A DNA stretch of 59,054 bases from a bacterium (lineage in GTDB: Bacteria; Cyanobacteriota; Vampirovibrionia; Gastranaerophilales; JBAXKC01): positions 1 to 59,054 of the forward strand of contig JBAXKC010000016.1 in NCBI GenBank assembly GCA_037137535.1, in the 5' to 3' direction. Position 1 is the stretch's first letter. Every line of letters starts with the position of its first letter. Positions 1-9,792 of this stretch are shown here, piece after piece. Position numbers and translations under genes: made by a program. The notes below the pieces were generated by a model. It worked only from the letters and a program-made list of their open reading frames with translations. It was not told where the DNA came from and ran no database searches.

Positions 1-121
1 ATTGTATGGTCTTCTGTAACCACCTTCGCCGCCGCCTTGATATGGACGTCTTTCTCCGCCTTGGTCATTGTATGGTCTTCTGTAACCACCTTCGCCGCCG
101 CCTTGATATGGACGTCTTTCT
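1..121. repeat. 66-bp-period coding tandem repeat (22 aa)
   Basis: Positions 1-55 repeat identically at 67-121; the period is a multiple of 3 and lies inside the minus-strand CDS. Confidence 0.9.
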
Positions 122-324
122 TCATAACCTTGAGCCCCGTTATCATTCTGTTGAGGTTCAGGTGCTTTTGGTGCGATTAGTTCTTCTTGAGGTGTTATTG
201 CTTCTGTATAATTTTTTAATTTAATAGGATTTCTATCTGGATACAAACAGTCCGGGCATATAATTCTTTTCGGGTTTTTGGTTTCAAAGTCTGCTCCACA
301 TTTTGAACACTTGTTTACATACAT
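1..324 (-). CDS. Zinc-ribbon protein with Gly/Tyr/Arg-rich tandem repeats (partial, runs off window start)
   Basis: Not in the ORF track; translated by hand. ATG at 324 after an AAGGGG RBS, open to position 1: MYVNKCSKCGADFETKNPKRIICPDCLYP...ERRPYQGGGEGGYRRPYNDQGGERRPYQGGGEGGYRRPYN. Two CxxC pairs. Confidence 0.8.
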   Translation of the reverse strand, partial: MYVNKCSKCGADFETKNPKRIICPDCLYPDRNPIKLKNYTEAITPQEELIAPKAPEPQQNDNGAQGYEERRPYQGGGEGGYRRPYNDQGGERRPYQGGGEGGYRRPYN

Positions 325-640
325 ACTCTAGTCGGCCCCTTGCTAAACATAAAATCAATTACTTGGCTCTCTCCCGCTCAATTAGCTTATATATTATTTT
401 TAAAATTTAATAAACCCTAATGCAATTCACTATAAGAGCCATATTTTAAGATAAATTATTTAATTCATAATATAACATAAATTAAAACATCAAACCATGC
501 AAATATATATTATAATGATTTATTGATAAAAAAACAGAAAAAATTTTTACAAAAAAATAATAATATGTCTAAAAATATTGATAATTATTACTTATAGCTT
601 TTTGTAATTTAATTCACATACTTAATATTATTTTACAAAG

Positions 641-1078
641 TCATTTTGAAAGAATAAAAGTAACAGGTCCGTCATTTACAAGAGCTACTTCCATCGATGC
701 ACCAAACTTACCTGTTTTTACAGCTAAGTTATTTTCTTGGCAAGATTTTACAAAATATTCATATAGCGGAATCGCTTCATCTGGAGCGGCTGCATTATCA
801 AAAGACGGTCTTTTTCCTTTTTTGCAGTTACCTGCCAGCGTAAATTGCGAGACTACAAGTAATTCTCCTTGAATATCCTGAACAGATAGGTTCATTTTTT
901 CATTTTCATCTTCAAAAAATCTTAAGCCGCATATTTTATTTGATAGAAAATCGGCTTGCTCATGAGTATCACCTTTTTCTACGCCTAAAAGGATTAATAT
1001 GCCTTGTTTAATTTCAGAATAAACTGTATCTTCAATTGTTACAGATGCTCTTTTAACTCGCTGAATAACAGCTATCAC
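641..1078 (-). CDS. dtd: D-aminoacyl-tRNA deacylase
   Basis: QRV start motif, SQFTL and NDGPVT signatures. Confidence 0.96.
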   Translation of the reverse strand: MIAVIQRVKRASVTIEDTVYSEIKQGILILLGVEKGDTHEQADFLSNKICGLRFFEDENEKMNLSVQDIQGELLVVSQFTLAGNCKKGKRPSFDNAAAPDEAIPLYEYFVKSCQENNLAVKTGKFGASMEVALVNDGPVTFILSK

Positions 1079-3014
1079 AAAGTTTCTCCTTTACCTTGTT
1101 GAATATAATCATGTCATTATTAATTACTTGATAAGCAGTTATAAAAAACTCATAAGCCAGATTTAGAAACTCTTCCAGATTTTCAATTTCAATATTAGTG
1201 TCTATTGCCTTAATAAAATTTGAAAGTTTCATATATTGTTCGCAGATTAGTCCAAATACTGCGATATTATTTACTATTAAGTCTGCTTCTATTTTAATAA
1301 AATCAGATATTACCTCAGAAAATAATTTTGAAAACTCGGCTTCAGCATATTTTTTATTAATGTACATGTTTTTTAGTTTCAGTACATTTTCTCCCGATCT
1401 GTCAAAATTAGGTTTTAAATTTTCAAATATATCAATTGTTTCTACTATTTCTTTAATAATATTATTTCTCGAGTCTTGAGATATTTTTTTGTCACTTTTT
1501 TTAGCTTCATCAATAATTTTTTTAACATCAATATGTGTATTTGCATAGGTTTCTAATGCTTCCTTTAAGGTTATATGTTTATATCCTTCTAAAAAAGCTC
1601 CGCCTTCAGTTGCATTTATAAAGATTTTTTGTCCCTCAAGTTCTGCTGCCGATGTTTCGAAGTATCTGATAAAAGTGGCATAGCTTGCACTTGTCGGGAT
1701 CATTTTTCCATTTAATCCACGAACAAAATAAATATTTTTAGTTAATTCTTCAAATCTTTCTGTTAAATAACTTCTTGCGTCTTCTGCATTTACGTTAAAA
1801 GTATTGCAAAATTCATCCATATTCTCTGCACATACCTCATATTCGCCTGTTTCAGGATTTTGAGTGCATTTAATATTTGAGTAGGCACTGTTTAAGGAAT
1901 AACATTTTCCTTCAGAATACGCTAAGTCTTGCCCAATCATTATTATAGGATCGCAACCCATAATAATAGCTGAGAACATAGCACATAAAGAAACAGTACC
2001 CTTGTTATGGTAATCATCTAAAGGGATATTCAGATGTTTGTTTATCCATTTAACAGTAAAATCGTTATTTGCATAATAATTAAATTTGGTTTTAGTCGGC
2101 ATTTCATGGAAATTTTTATGTGTCATAGGCTGCAAAATTAGATTCATTTCCGATGTGTCAATTCCTCTAACCTGCTCAGTGCAATTATTTTGTTCAACTA
2201 TTGTTAAAAAATCGGGGATTATATGATGTTTGTCAACCGCTTTTGATGCTGTTCCCACACTAAAAACCACTACTTTATCTCTGTAATCATTTACGAGATG
2301 AATGTTTTTATCCAAAGACGGCCCTGCTGAAATAATTACGGCAGGAACATTTTTGAATTTTCCTCGTAATTCTTCCAATTGTGAGTTCATCATTGTGTAT
2401 GGAATATTTTCAATTCCTGATATTGTCCAAGCATGCGCTCTATCAAATAAATTTTTGTAATTGCTAGCAAACATCCCTTTTAGAAACCCTAAATCATTGA
2501 GTAATCTATTGGTTTCAATCGGGTACATTTTTCTATAGGAAGGTAAAAAGCTTAAAGTAATATCCGAGTTATCAAAGTACATAATTTCAAAGGCTTTTTC
2601 CAGTTCCATCGGGTTTTGGACAATCATAACATTTTTTCTTGCCAGATCATCTGAAAAATCGACTACTTCTAATGCAATTCTTAAAATATCTAAATTGGGC
2701 TCAAAAAGAATAATTTTCCCTTTAGCACTCAGTAAAAATCTTTTAAACAGATAGCCAATACCGATTCCAAAAATAACATGCAAAGCATTTTTATTGTCAC
2801 ATGGTATTTTGCTAAAGACATCCTCTGCCTCTGCTTGTGCATTATAATCGTCATGCAACGGTCTGCCATCATATGTTAATATCACTTCCCCTGTTGCAGA
2901 TTCCTGAAAATCAAAAGATTTTTCAATAAAGGTATGTTGTTTGATTTTCTCTACAAGTAAAGGATTGTATCGTTTTATCTCTTCAAGATTTTTATCTAAA
3001 ATGCTATAATCCAT
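1053..3014 (-). CDS. Motility accessory factor (Maf/DUF115) family glycosyltransferase
   Basis: FGIGIGY N-terminal motif, AVIISAGPSLDKN, GTVS, IGQDLAY and INATEGGAF motifs typical of Maf/DUF115. Confidence 0.85.
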   Translation of the reverse strand: MDYSILDKNLEEIKRYNPLLVEKIKQHTFIEKSFDFQESATGEVILTYDGRPLHDDYNAQAEAEDVFSKIPCDNKNALHVIFGIGIGYLFKRFLLSAKGKIILFEPNLDILRIALEVVDFSDDLARKNVMIVQNPMELEKAFEIMYFDNSDITLSFLPSYRKMYPIETNRLLNDLGFLKGMFASNYKNLFDRAHAWTISGIENIPYTMMNSQLEELRGKFKNVPAVIISAGPSLDKNIHLVNDYRDKVVVFSVGTASKAVDKHHIIPDFLTIVEQNNCTEQVRGIDTSEMNLILQPMTHKNFHEMPTKTKFNYYANNDFTVKWINKHLNIPLDDYHNKGTVSLCAMFSAIIMGCDPIIMIGQDLAYSEGKCYSLNSAYSNIKCTQNPETGEYEVCAENMDEFCNTFNVNAEDARSYLTERFEELTKNIYFVRGLNGKMIPTSASYATFIRYFETSAAELEGQKIFINATEGGAFLEGYKHITLKEALETYANTHIDVKKIIDEAKKSDKKISQDSRNNIIKEIVETIDIFENLKPNFDRSGENVLKLKNMYINKKYAEAEFSKLFSEVISDFIKIEADLIVNNIAVFGLICEQYMKLSNFIKAIDTNIEIENLEEFLNLAYEFFITAYQVINNDMIIFNKVKEKLCDSCYSAS

Positions 3015-3112
3015 AATTATTTAATTATTCTCCAATATAATAGATTATACACCTGTTTACGCTTGTTTTAATCATACTGTAAAATGATACAATAAATTAA
3101 AAATATTTATAA

Positions 3113-3150
3113 TAAAAACTCCATCCAAATATTACATGGATGGAGTTTTA
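3113..3150. terminator. Intrinsic terminator after plsC
   Basis: Inverted repeat aaaactccatcca...tggatggagtttt. Confidence 0.75.
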
Positions 3151-3166
3151 TAATATTGTGTTTATT

Positions 3167-3841
3167 TTACGCTTGAGCGTTTTCTTCTTTTTCAACTTCC
3201 TCGTCAATTTCAGGTTCAAATGGAAAACCTGTTAACTCTGAAATCGCCATTCCCCATTTTTCTATTGCTTCTTCAGGGGTAGCAGGTACAGGAATAGGCT
3301 TACCAATTCTAACAATGATTTTCCCTGGAAATGTATCTGAGCCAATTATTCCCAGTGGTAAAATTTCAGAATTTGTCATTTTGGCTAAATAGCCAAATCC
3401 TTTTTGAATTTTGCCAACTTTACCCGTTAAAATTCTTGTACCTTCGGGAAATATTCCTAACAGCCATTTTGTTTTCAGAACGGCTTTTGCTGATTTTATT
3501 GTAGAAACATCAAGTTTTTTTCTATCTACAGCAATTGCACCAAGAATATCTATAATTGTTGAAAGAACTGGAACACTGAAAAGTTCTTGCTTTGCCATAT
3601 ATGCAGTTGGTTTTCTTGTTGCAAGAGCTAATATTACCGGATCAAAGTGTGATAAATGGTTTGCAGCAACAATTATTGATCTGTCAGTCGGGATATTTTC
3701 TCTTCCATATACTTTAATTCTGAAAAATATTTTGAAAAAAGGATAAAGAATAAAATAAATTACCCAATATTGTACGATTTCTCTCCATAGGGTATAATCT
3801 TCGGCTTTCCTTACTGTACAGCCTTTTGCTTTTTTAGACAT
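3167..3841 (-). CDS. plsC: 1-acyl-sn-glycerol-3-phosphate acyltransferase
   Basis: NHLSHFD (HxxxxD) and FPEGTR motifs. Confidence 0.9.
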   Translation of the reverse strand: MSKKAKGCTVRKAEDYTLWREIVQYWVIYFILYPFFKIFFRIKVYGRENIPTDRSIIVAANHLSHFDPVILALATRKPTAYMAKQELFSVPVLSTIIDILGAIAVDRKKLDVSTIKSAKAVLKTKWLLGIFPEGTRILTGKVGKIQKGFGYLAKMTNSEILPLGIIGSDTFPGKIIVRIGKPIPVPATPEEAIEKWGMAISELTGFPFEPEIDEEVEKEENAQA

Positions 3842-3858
3842 TTGTTTAACTCCTGTTT

Positions 3859-5163
3859 CTATTGAGTAAGTTTTTCAAATATCCCCGGGAATTCAGGGAA
3901 TGAAATATTTACCCATTCAAATTCGCATATTTGTATCGGTTCTTCACATAATAAGCCTGCAACATAACCTGACATTGCAATTCTATGGTCATGATACGTA
4001 TTTAAAATGCAATTCCCTTTAAGTTTTGTTTTTCCGTTAACAATGAAGCCATCAGGGGTTTCTTGTATATCAGCACCCAGTTTTTTAAGCTCTGTGCAAA
4101 TAGCGACTATTCTATCAGACTCTTTATGTCTAAGGTCTTCAGCACCTCTTATAACCGTTGTGCCTTCTGCTTGAGTTGCGGCAACTGCAATAATTGGAAG
4201 TTCATCAATAACCCTAGGAATTATTTCTTCTTCTATCTCAATGCCTTTTAGCTGTGAATATCTAATTCTTACGTCACCCATGTCTTCGCCGCATTCAATG
4301 CGATGCTCTTCAATGGTTATATCAGCACCCATCTTTTTAAGAATATCTATTATACCTGTTCTTGTCGGGTTTAATCCGACATCTTTTATTAAGATTTCTG
4401 AATCAGGAATAATAGCTCCCGCTACAAGGAAAAATGCCGCAGATGATATATCACCGGGGATAATTAGCGTTTTAGGCGCTAATTCTGATTTTTTAACAGT
4501 TATTTTATTATCATCAACTGTTAAGTCCGCACAAAGATATTGTAACATTCTTTCACTATGATCTCTTGACTTGAAAGGTTCGGTTATAACTGTTTCTCCC
4601 TGTGCTGATAGTCCTGCTAATATCATTGCTGACTTTATTTGAGCACTTGCAATAGGGGAATTATAAGTTATTCCGTGTAGTTCTGTTCCTATGATTGTGA
4701 TAGGAGCTTTAGTATTAGCATTTTTAGCAAATATTCTTGCGCCCATTTGCGATAAAGGATTGATTATCCTTGCCATAGGACGTTTTCTTAAACTTTCATC
4801 GCCTGTAAGTACGCTATAAAAGTTTGATCCGGATAAAATACCGCTCATTAGCCTTATAGTAGTACCTGAATTGCCTGCATCTAAAACATTAGCAGGTTCT
4901 TTAAATCCACCATTGTTAAAAATTGTAATATTATTTTCGGCTTGATAAGTGACTTCTACGCCAAGTCCTTTAAGGACCTCTAAAGTGCTTTTGCAGTCGC
5001 CACCTGCGGAGAAATTCATAATCTGTACAGGTTGTTGTGTTAATGCTCCAAACATCGCTGCTCTGTGCGATATAGATTTGTCTGAAGGAACTTTAATTGT
5101 ACCATTTAGCCCTTTTGTAACAGGTGTTACGTTTTTTAATTTTTCCACTTGTATATTTACCAT
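3859..5163 (-). CDS. aroA: 3-phosphoshikimate 1-carboxyvinyltransferase (EPSP synthase)
   Basis: DKSISHR, GNSGTT, SAQIKSA, KESDRI and DHRIAM motifs. Confidence 0.97.
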   Translation of the reverse strand: MVNIQVEKLKNVTPVTKGLNGTIKVPSDKSISHRAAMFGALTQQPVQIMNFSAGGDCKSTLEVLKGLGVEVTYQAENNITIFNNGGFKEPANVLDAGNSGTTIRLMSGILSGSNFYSVLTGDESLRKRPMARIINPLSQMGARIFAKNANTKAPITIIGTELHGITYNSPIASAQIKSAMILAGLSAQGETVITEPFKSRDHSERMLQYLCADLTVDDNKITVKKSELAPKTLIIPGDISSAAFFLVAGAIIPDSEILIKDVGLNPTRTGIIDILKKMGADITIEEHRIECGEDMGDVRIRYSQLKGIEIEEEIIPRVIDELPIIAVAATQAEGTTVIRGAEDLRHKESDRIVAICTELKKLGADIQETPDGFIVNGKTKLKGNCILNTYHDHRIAMSGYVAGLLCEEPIQICEFEWVNISFPEFPGIFEKLTQ

Positions 5164-5330
5164 CTTTTTGTTTAAACTACATGCAATAAGTAAATTTTAC
5201 TTTGAAAAGAAATTTATTCCACAATTTTTTTAGCTAGATAGAATAAACAAGTTTATTCTATATTACTAACTTGACACAGGTAAATGTTAGGGCTATATTT
5301 AGGCTACAAGTTTTAAAAAGGTGTAAGACA

Positions 5331-5495
5331 ATGGGTTTGAAGAAAAGCGATAGACTATTAGTTTTAGCGTGTGGTGATTGCAAAGAGCGTAACTATACCA
5401 CCACAAAAAACAAGAAGAATGTTCCTGGAAGAATGGAAATCAAGAAATTCTGTCCAAGATGCAATAGTCATACTGCACATAAGGAAACTAAGTAA
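5331..5495 (+). CDS. rpmG: 50S ribosomal protein L33 (Zn-binding form)
   Basis: [16 protein letters not shown]...[17 protein letters not shown]. Start moved to the ATG at 5331 after an AAGGTG RBS. Confidence 0.96.
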   Translation: MGLKKSDRLLVLACGDCKERNYTTTKNKKNVPGRMEIKKFCPRCNSHTAHKETK

Positions 5496-5523
5496 GAAAA
5501 GTATTAGTGGTTTTCAAGAAAAT

Positions 5524-5596
5524 GCGCCTTTAGTTCAGTTGGTAGAACGTTGGTCTCCAAAGCCGAATGTCGTGGGTTCAAGTCCTACAGGGCGCG
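5524..5596 (+). tRNA. tRNA-Trp(CCA)
   Basis: Acceptor stem GCGCCTT/AGGGCGC, D-loop TGGTA, anticodon loop CT-CCA-AA, T-loop TTCAAGT; canonical position before secE. Confidence 0.96.
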
Positions 5597-5620
5597 TTTT
5601 CTTTAAAAATATAATACTCT

Positions 5621-5893
5621 GTGGCAGAGGGAGCAACAGTGAGCGAATCAAGAAAAAAAGCGCAGGTTGAGAAACAAGGTAATCTTGTATCAGGCTTGAA
5701 ATCTTATTTCAAAGGAGTTAAATCCGAATGGGGAAAGATTACTTGGCCAGAGAAAAAACAAGTTTATTTTGAAACTCTTTTAGTAATTGCTGTTGTAATC
5801 TTTTTTACAGTGGTTGTCTATTGTATAGACAAATTTTATTTATTTCTTATCTTGGTGTTACAACATTACAATGTTATTCCAAAAGTAGGTTAA
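5621..5893 (+). CDS. secE: Preprotein translocase subunit SecE
   Basis: EWGKITWP motif followed by a TM helix; lies between tRNA-Trp and nusG. Confidence 0.92.
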   Translation: MAEGATVSESRKKAQVEKQGNLVSGLKSYFKGVKSEWGKITWPEKKQVYFETLLVIAVVIFFTVVVYCIDKFYLFLILVLQHYNVIPKVG

Positions 5894-5897
5894 GTTG

Positions 5898-6443
5898 ATG
5901 ACAAATAGCGAACGCAAAAGTGAAAAAAGGTGGTATATAGTCCACACCTACTCAGGACACGAAAACAAGGTTAAACTTAATCTTGAAAAGCGTATTGAGT
6001 TTATGAATATAGGGCACAAAATCTTTAGGGTTGAAGTGCCGCAAAAGACCGTTACTAACGTTAAGAACGGCAAACGTCAGGATAAAGAAGAGAAAATCTT
6101 CCCGGGCTATGTATTGGTCGAAATGATCATGGACGACGATAGCTGGTATGTTGTAAGACATACACCTGGTGTTACAAAGTTTGTCGGTGCAGAAAAGAAA
6201 CCTATACCGGCAAGAGATTCAGAAATTAAAAAAATCATCACTAAAGCTCAAGTTCAAGCTCCAAAAATTGTTCTTGATGTTAAAGTTGGTGACAAAGCTA
6301 AAATCATCAGCGGTCCATTTGCCGAATTCGTGGGTGAAATCACAGAAGTATATCCTGATAAGGCAAAACTTAGAGCATCTGTATCCATATTTGGTAGAGA
6401 TACTCCCGTTGAACTTGAATATAATCAAATTCAAAAAGTATAA
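5898..6443 (+). CDS. nusG: Transcription termination/antitermination factor NusG
   Basis: WYIVHTYSGHE, FPGYVLVEM, KOW motif and IFGRDTPVEL. Confidence 0.97.
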   Translation: MTNSERKSEKRWYIVHTYSGHENKVKLNLEKRIEFMNIGHKIFRVEVPQKTVTNVKNGKRQDKEEKIFPGYVLVEMIMDDDSWYVVRHTPGVTKFVGAEKKPIPARDSEIKKIITKAQVQAPKIVLDVKVGDKAKIISGPFAEFVGEITEVYPDKAKLRASVSIFGRDTPVELEYNQIQKV

Positions 6444-6523
6444 AATTGCATAATCCCTATTATATGGAGGAAACTCTGTATAAGTCCTAAGTAAGTGAAA
6501 ACAGTGAAAGAAGGTATAGAAAA

Positions 6524-6949
6524 GTGGCAAAAAAGGTAGTAGGAAAAATAAAACTACAAATTAATGCCGGTAAAGCTAATCCATCACCACCAATTGGTCC
6601 AGCTTTAGGTCAACACGGCGTTAACATTATGGAATTCTGTAAACAGTACAATGCTCAAACTGCTGATAAAGTAGGATTGATTATTCCTGTTGAGATTTCT
6701 GTTTATGAAGACAGATCATTTACATTCATTCTTAAAACACCTCCGGCATCAGTTTTAATTGTTAAAACAGCTGGAATCGCTAAAGGTTCCGCAGTTCCAA
6801 ATAAAACTAAAGTTGGTAAATTAACTAGCGCTCAGGTTACTGAAATCGCTAACTTAAAAATGCCTGACTTAAATGCTACAACTATTGAAGCAGCTGAAGA
6901 AATGATCAGAGGAACTGCTCGTAGCATGGGTGTTACAATCGAAGGATAA
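6524..6949 (+). CDS. rplK: 50S ribosomal protein L11
   Basis: [21 protein letters not shown] and GTARSMG. Confidence 0.98.
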   Translation: MAKKVVGKIKLQINAGKANPSPPIGPALGQHGVNIMEFCKQYNAQTADKVGLIIPVEISVYEDRSFTFILKTPPASVLIVKTAGIAKGSAVPNKTKVGKLTSAQVTEIANLKMPDLNATTIEAAEEMIRGTARSMGVTIEG

Positions 6950-6957
6950 CTTTAAAC

Positions 6958-6984
6958 GTGGAAGGATAATATCCGATATACCAC
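6958..6984 (+). promoter_or_regulatory. Ribosomal protein L1 autoregulatory mRNA hairpin
   Basis: GTGG-AAG-GAT...ATCC-GATATA-CCAC stem with an internal loop directly before the rplA RBS, resembling the L1-binding site found between rplK and rplA in other bacteria. Confidence 0.6.
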
Positions 6985-6996
6985 AAGGAGAAAATA

Positions 6997-7725
6997 ATGG
7001 CTAAGCTAACAAAGAAAAGAAAAAAAATATTTGATATGCTTGAAGAAATCGAGCAACCAGCTCTAGGTTTACAAGCTATCGAAATGTTAAAAAAAGTTTC
7101 TGCTGAAACTTCAAAATTTGACGAAACATTAGAAATTCACTTCAGACTTGGTATCAACGTAAAACACGCTGATCAACAAGTTAGAGGAACAACAGTTCTT
7201 CCTTCAGGAACAGGTAAAACTCAAAGAGTTGCTGTTGTTGCTAAAGGTGAAAAAATCAGAGAAGCAGAAGCAGCTGGTGCTGATTTTGTTGGTGCTGAAG
7301 ACCTTGTTGAGAAAATTTCAGGCGGTTGGTTAGAGTTTGATACTCTTGTTGCTACTCCTGATGCTATGGCTTTACTTGGTAAATTAGGTAAAGTATTAGG
7401 ACCTAAAGGTCTTATGCCTAACCCTAAAACCGGTACAGTTACATTCGACCTTAAAAGAGCTATTGATGATATCAAAGCTGGTAAAGTTGAATACAGAGCT
7501 GACAAACAAGGTATGGTTCACGTTCCGTTAGGTAAAATGAGCTTTACAGTTGATGCTCTTATGAAAAACTATGCTGCTCTTACAGATGCAGTATTAAGAG
7601 CTAAACCTGCAGCTGCAAAAGGTGCATATGTAAAAAGCGCTTTCTTAACAACAACAATGGGACCAAGCATTAAACTTGATCAAAGAAATATTGGCGCAGA
7701 AGCTAAAGACTACTTAGGACAATAA
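6997..7725 (+). CDS. rplA: 50S ribosomal protein L1
   Basis: [27 protein letters not shown] and TMGPS. Confidence 0.98.
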   Translation: MAKLTKKRKKIFDMLEEIEQPALGLQAIEMLKKVSAETSKFDETLEIHFRLGINVKHADQQVRGTTVLPSGTGKTQRVAVVAKGEKIREAEAAGADFVGAEDLVEKISGGWLEFDTLVATPDAMALLGKLGKVLGPKGLMPNPKTGTVTFDLKRAIDDIKAGKVEYRADKQGMVHVPLGKMSFTVDALMKNYAALTDAVLRAKPAAAKGAYVKSAFLTTTMGPSIKLDQRNIGAEAKDYLGQ

Positions 7726-7745
7726 CTTTCTAAATACCTTTATTT

Positions 7746-7779
7746 TAAAGAGGCTGAAGTTTATACTACAGCCTCTTTA
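7746..7779 (+). terminator. Intrinsic terminator after rplA
   Basis: aaagaggctg...cagcctcttt hairpin. Confidence 0.75.
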
Positions 7780-7826
7780 ATTTATTGTGATAGAATTTAA
7801 TTTATAGTTCTAATACAATTAAGTAG

Positions 7827-9068
7827 ATGATTGTTGTTGAGAGTGAAAACGAATTGAAAGCTGTCGGGTATATTTGTTCTTATAAAACTAATGATACAGA
7901 GAAATTATACGAACTTAAAATACAAACTGATAAAATTAAAGAGTTTTGTAATTCAATTGGGATTGAACTTGTTAAAGTTTATGAAGAACCACTTGAAAGC
8001 AGACCTGATTATAAGCCTTCACTTGCAAGATTAATTTATGATTCTTCTAAAGGTGGCTTTAATAAAGTTGTAATTTTACATTCAGAAAATTTAGGTTCGG
8101 ATGTCGAGTTTGTAAATTGGGTTAAGACTCAATTAATTAAGAATAAAGTTACTATTACTCTTATAAAAGATACACCTGTTTCTACTCCAATTAAAAATAC
8201 AGCTATAAATCCTCAAGAAAAGATTGATCGTATTAAGTTAAAGTTAAGAGATATTCCGTCTTTGCCTGAAGTTGTTACCAGAGTTATGGAGCTTGTTCAG
8301 GATCCAAACTCGTCTGCTGCTCAGTTAAGTAGAGTTATTTCTCATGATCCGGGTTTAACTTCAAGAGTATTAAGACTTGTAAATTCAGCTTATTATGGTT
8401 TTCCAAAACAAATCAGTTCTATCCAGCATGCAATTATGATTTTAGGTTTTACCACAATGCGTGGTTTGGTTCTTTCTTCAAGTATTTTTAAGATTTTTGC
8501 TCAAAAGACTGATGGTATTGTTTTTTTAGATTATAAGAAATTCTGGAAACATTCTTTAGTAACTGCCATTGCCTCAAAAGAAGTCGCAAAATTCCTTTAT
8601 TTTCAGCAGGATGATGATATTTTCAGCGCAGCTATTTTGCATGATATAGGTAAAATTATTTTAGATCAGTATGACCATGAAAATTATATTAATGTATTAA
8701 AAACTCCGTTACAAAATAGATTTTTAGAGCAGGTTATTCCTGTTGAAGAAGAATTTTGCGGTGTCAATCACTGTGATGTAGGTAACATGGTTGCTGAAAC
8801 ATGGAATTTACCTGAAAGCATTTCAAACGTTGTTATGTATCACCATGATCCACTAAAAGCAGGTAAATTTGTATTTCTAACTTCAATGGTTTATATTGCT
8901 AACCTCATTTCAACAATTATTATCGATGATTTAAGCCTTAGTGAAAGTTTTTTCAATAAAGAAGTTTTAGAATATTTAAGAATAGATATTGATGATGTTG
9001 GTATTATTTTGTCAAAAGTTATAGAAGAAACATCAAATATTGATGATTTAGAGTCATTTTTTAAGTAA
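7827..9068 (+). CDS. HDOD-domain protein with N-terminal degenerate serine-recombinase (resolvase)-like domain
   Basis: C-terminal IPSLP, DPGLTSRVLRLVNSAYYG, FWKHS, LHDIGK and WNLP..HHDP = HDOD. The N-terminal ~110 aa follow the resolvase pattern without the catalytic residues. Confidence 0.85.
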   Translation: MIVVESENELKAVGYICSYKTNDTEKLYELKIQTDKIKEFCNSIGIELVKVYEEPLESRPDYKPSLARLIYDSSKGGFNKVVILHSENLGSDVEFVNWVKTQLIKNKVTITLIKDTPVSTPIKNTAINPQEKIDRIKLKLRDIPSLPEVVTRVMELVQDPNSSAAQLSRVISHDPGLTSRVLRLVNSAYYGFPKQISSIQHAIMILGFTTMRGLVLSSSIFKIFAQKTDGIVFLDYKKFWKHSLVTAIASKEVAKFLYFQQDDDIFSAAILHDIGKIILDQYDHENYINVLKTPLQNRFLEQVIPVEEEFCGVNHCDVGNMVAETWNLPESISNVVMYHHDPLKAGKFVFLTSMVYIANLISTIIIDDLSLSESFFNKEVLEYLRIDIDDVGIILSKVIEETSNIDDLESFFK

Positions 9069-9077
9069 ATAATTGTT

Positions 9078-9764
9078 TTAATGATTAGTGTTATTTATGG
9101 AAGACTTCTTTATTTCTTCTTGATCATCTGCCTCAGATTGCAATAAGAAATATATTATAGGTAAAATATCACATTTTTTATTGCCTTTTAGCGTTCCATT
9201 TATATATTTATCCCCTATGAAATTTGAATCTATTTCAAATTCCACGCTTTTTTCTCCAATAGTGCCAGTTATTAATGTTGGTTGAAATAGTTTTTTCTCT
9301 AATTGAAGATTCACATCTTTGTCTCCAATATATCCACTTAGTGTTTTGTTACCAAACCAACTTTTTTCCATTGCTAAATAAGTATCATTATTCTGATAAT
9401 CGCCTTTTGCAACGGTTGAACCCCAATTTCTACTTAATTCAATAGATATATTTTTATCTCCGATATTGCCGACAATTTCAGGATTTTGAAACCAACCTTT
9501 TTTTGTACTTAAGTTTATATTTTTATCTCCATAATTTCCTGTGTATTTTGTGGAGTTAAATAAATTCTTTTCTATAGTTAAAGCAAATTTATCATCATTA
9601 ACGTGTCCGCTGATAGTTCTATCTCCAAATAATGGCGTTGAGCTTTGTAGTTCAACGCTATCGCAATAATTACCAAAAGATACAGGTTTATTTAATTGTG
9701 TAGTTTGTCCGCATTTAATATTTGACTTTATAATTGGAATATTAGATAAAATATTTTTTATCAT
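9078..9764 (-). CDS. Hypothetical beta-repeat protein with N-terminal VSFG leader
   Basis: 228-aa ORF with about seven 22-23-aa repeats (GxIGDKxxxL...F/W). Confidence 0.75.
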   Translation of the reverse strand: MIKNILSNIPIIKSNIKCGQTTQLNKPVSFGNYCDSVELQSSTPLFGDRTISGHVNDDKFALTIEKNLFNSTKYTGNYGDKNINLSTKKGWFQNPEIVGNIGDKNISIELSRNWGSTVAKGDYQNNDTYLAMEKSWFGNKTLSGYIGDKDVNLQLEKKLFQPTLITGTIGEKSVEFEIDSNFIGDKYINGTLKGNKKCDILPIIYFLLQSEADDQEEIKKSSINNTNH

Positions 9765-9792
9765 TTAAAACATCCTATTTTTGCTCTCAAAT

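Noticed and set aside
6-224. 72-aa plus-strand ORF with a repeat, and the repeat as a possible CRISPR array
   Set aside because: It is the antisense shadow of the minus-strand gene; the repeat has a 66-bp in-frame period, no spacer series and no cas genes.
422-450. GCAATT-N13-ATATTT on the + strand
   Set aside because: Weak second box and no gene downstream in that orientation. It shows that partial matches arise by chance in AT-rich DNA, so degenerate sites need statistics.
5371-5670. 99-aa ORF
   Set aside because: Overlaps rpmG, tRNA-Trp and secE; spurious.
7827-8170. Resolvase as a sign of a mobile element
   Set aside because: Catalytic motifs are missing, it is fused to HDOD, and there are no att sites, terminal repeats or cargo.
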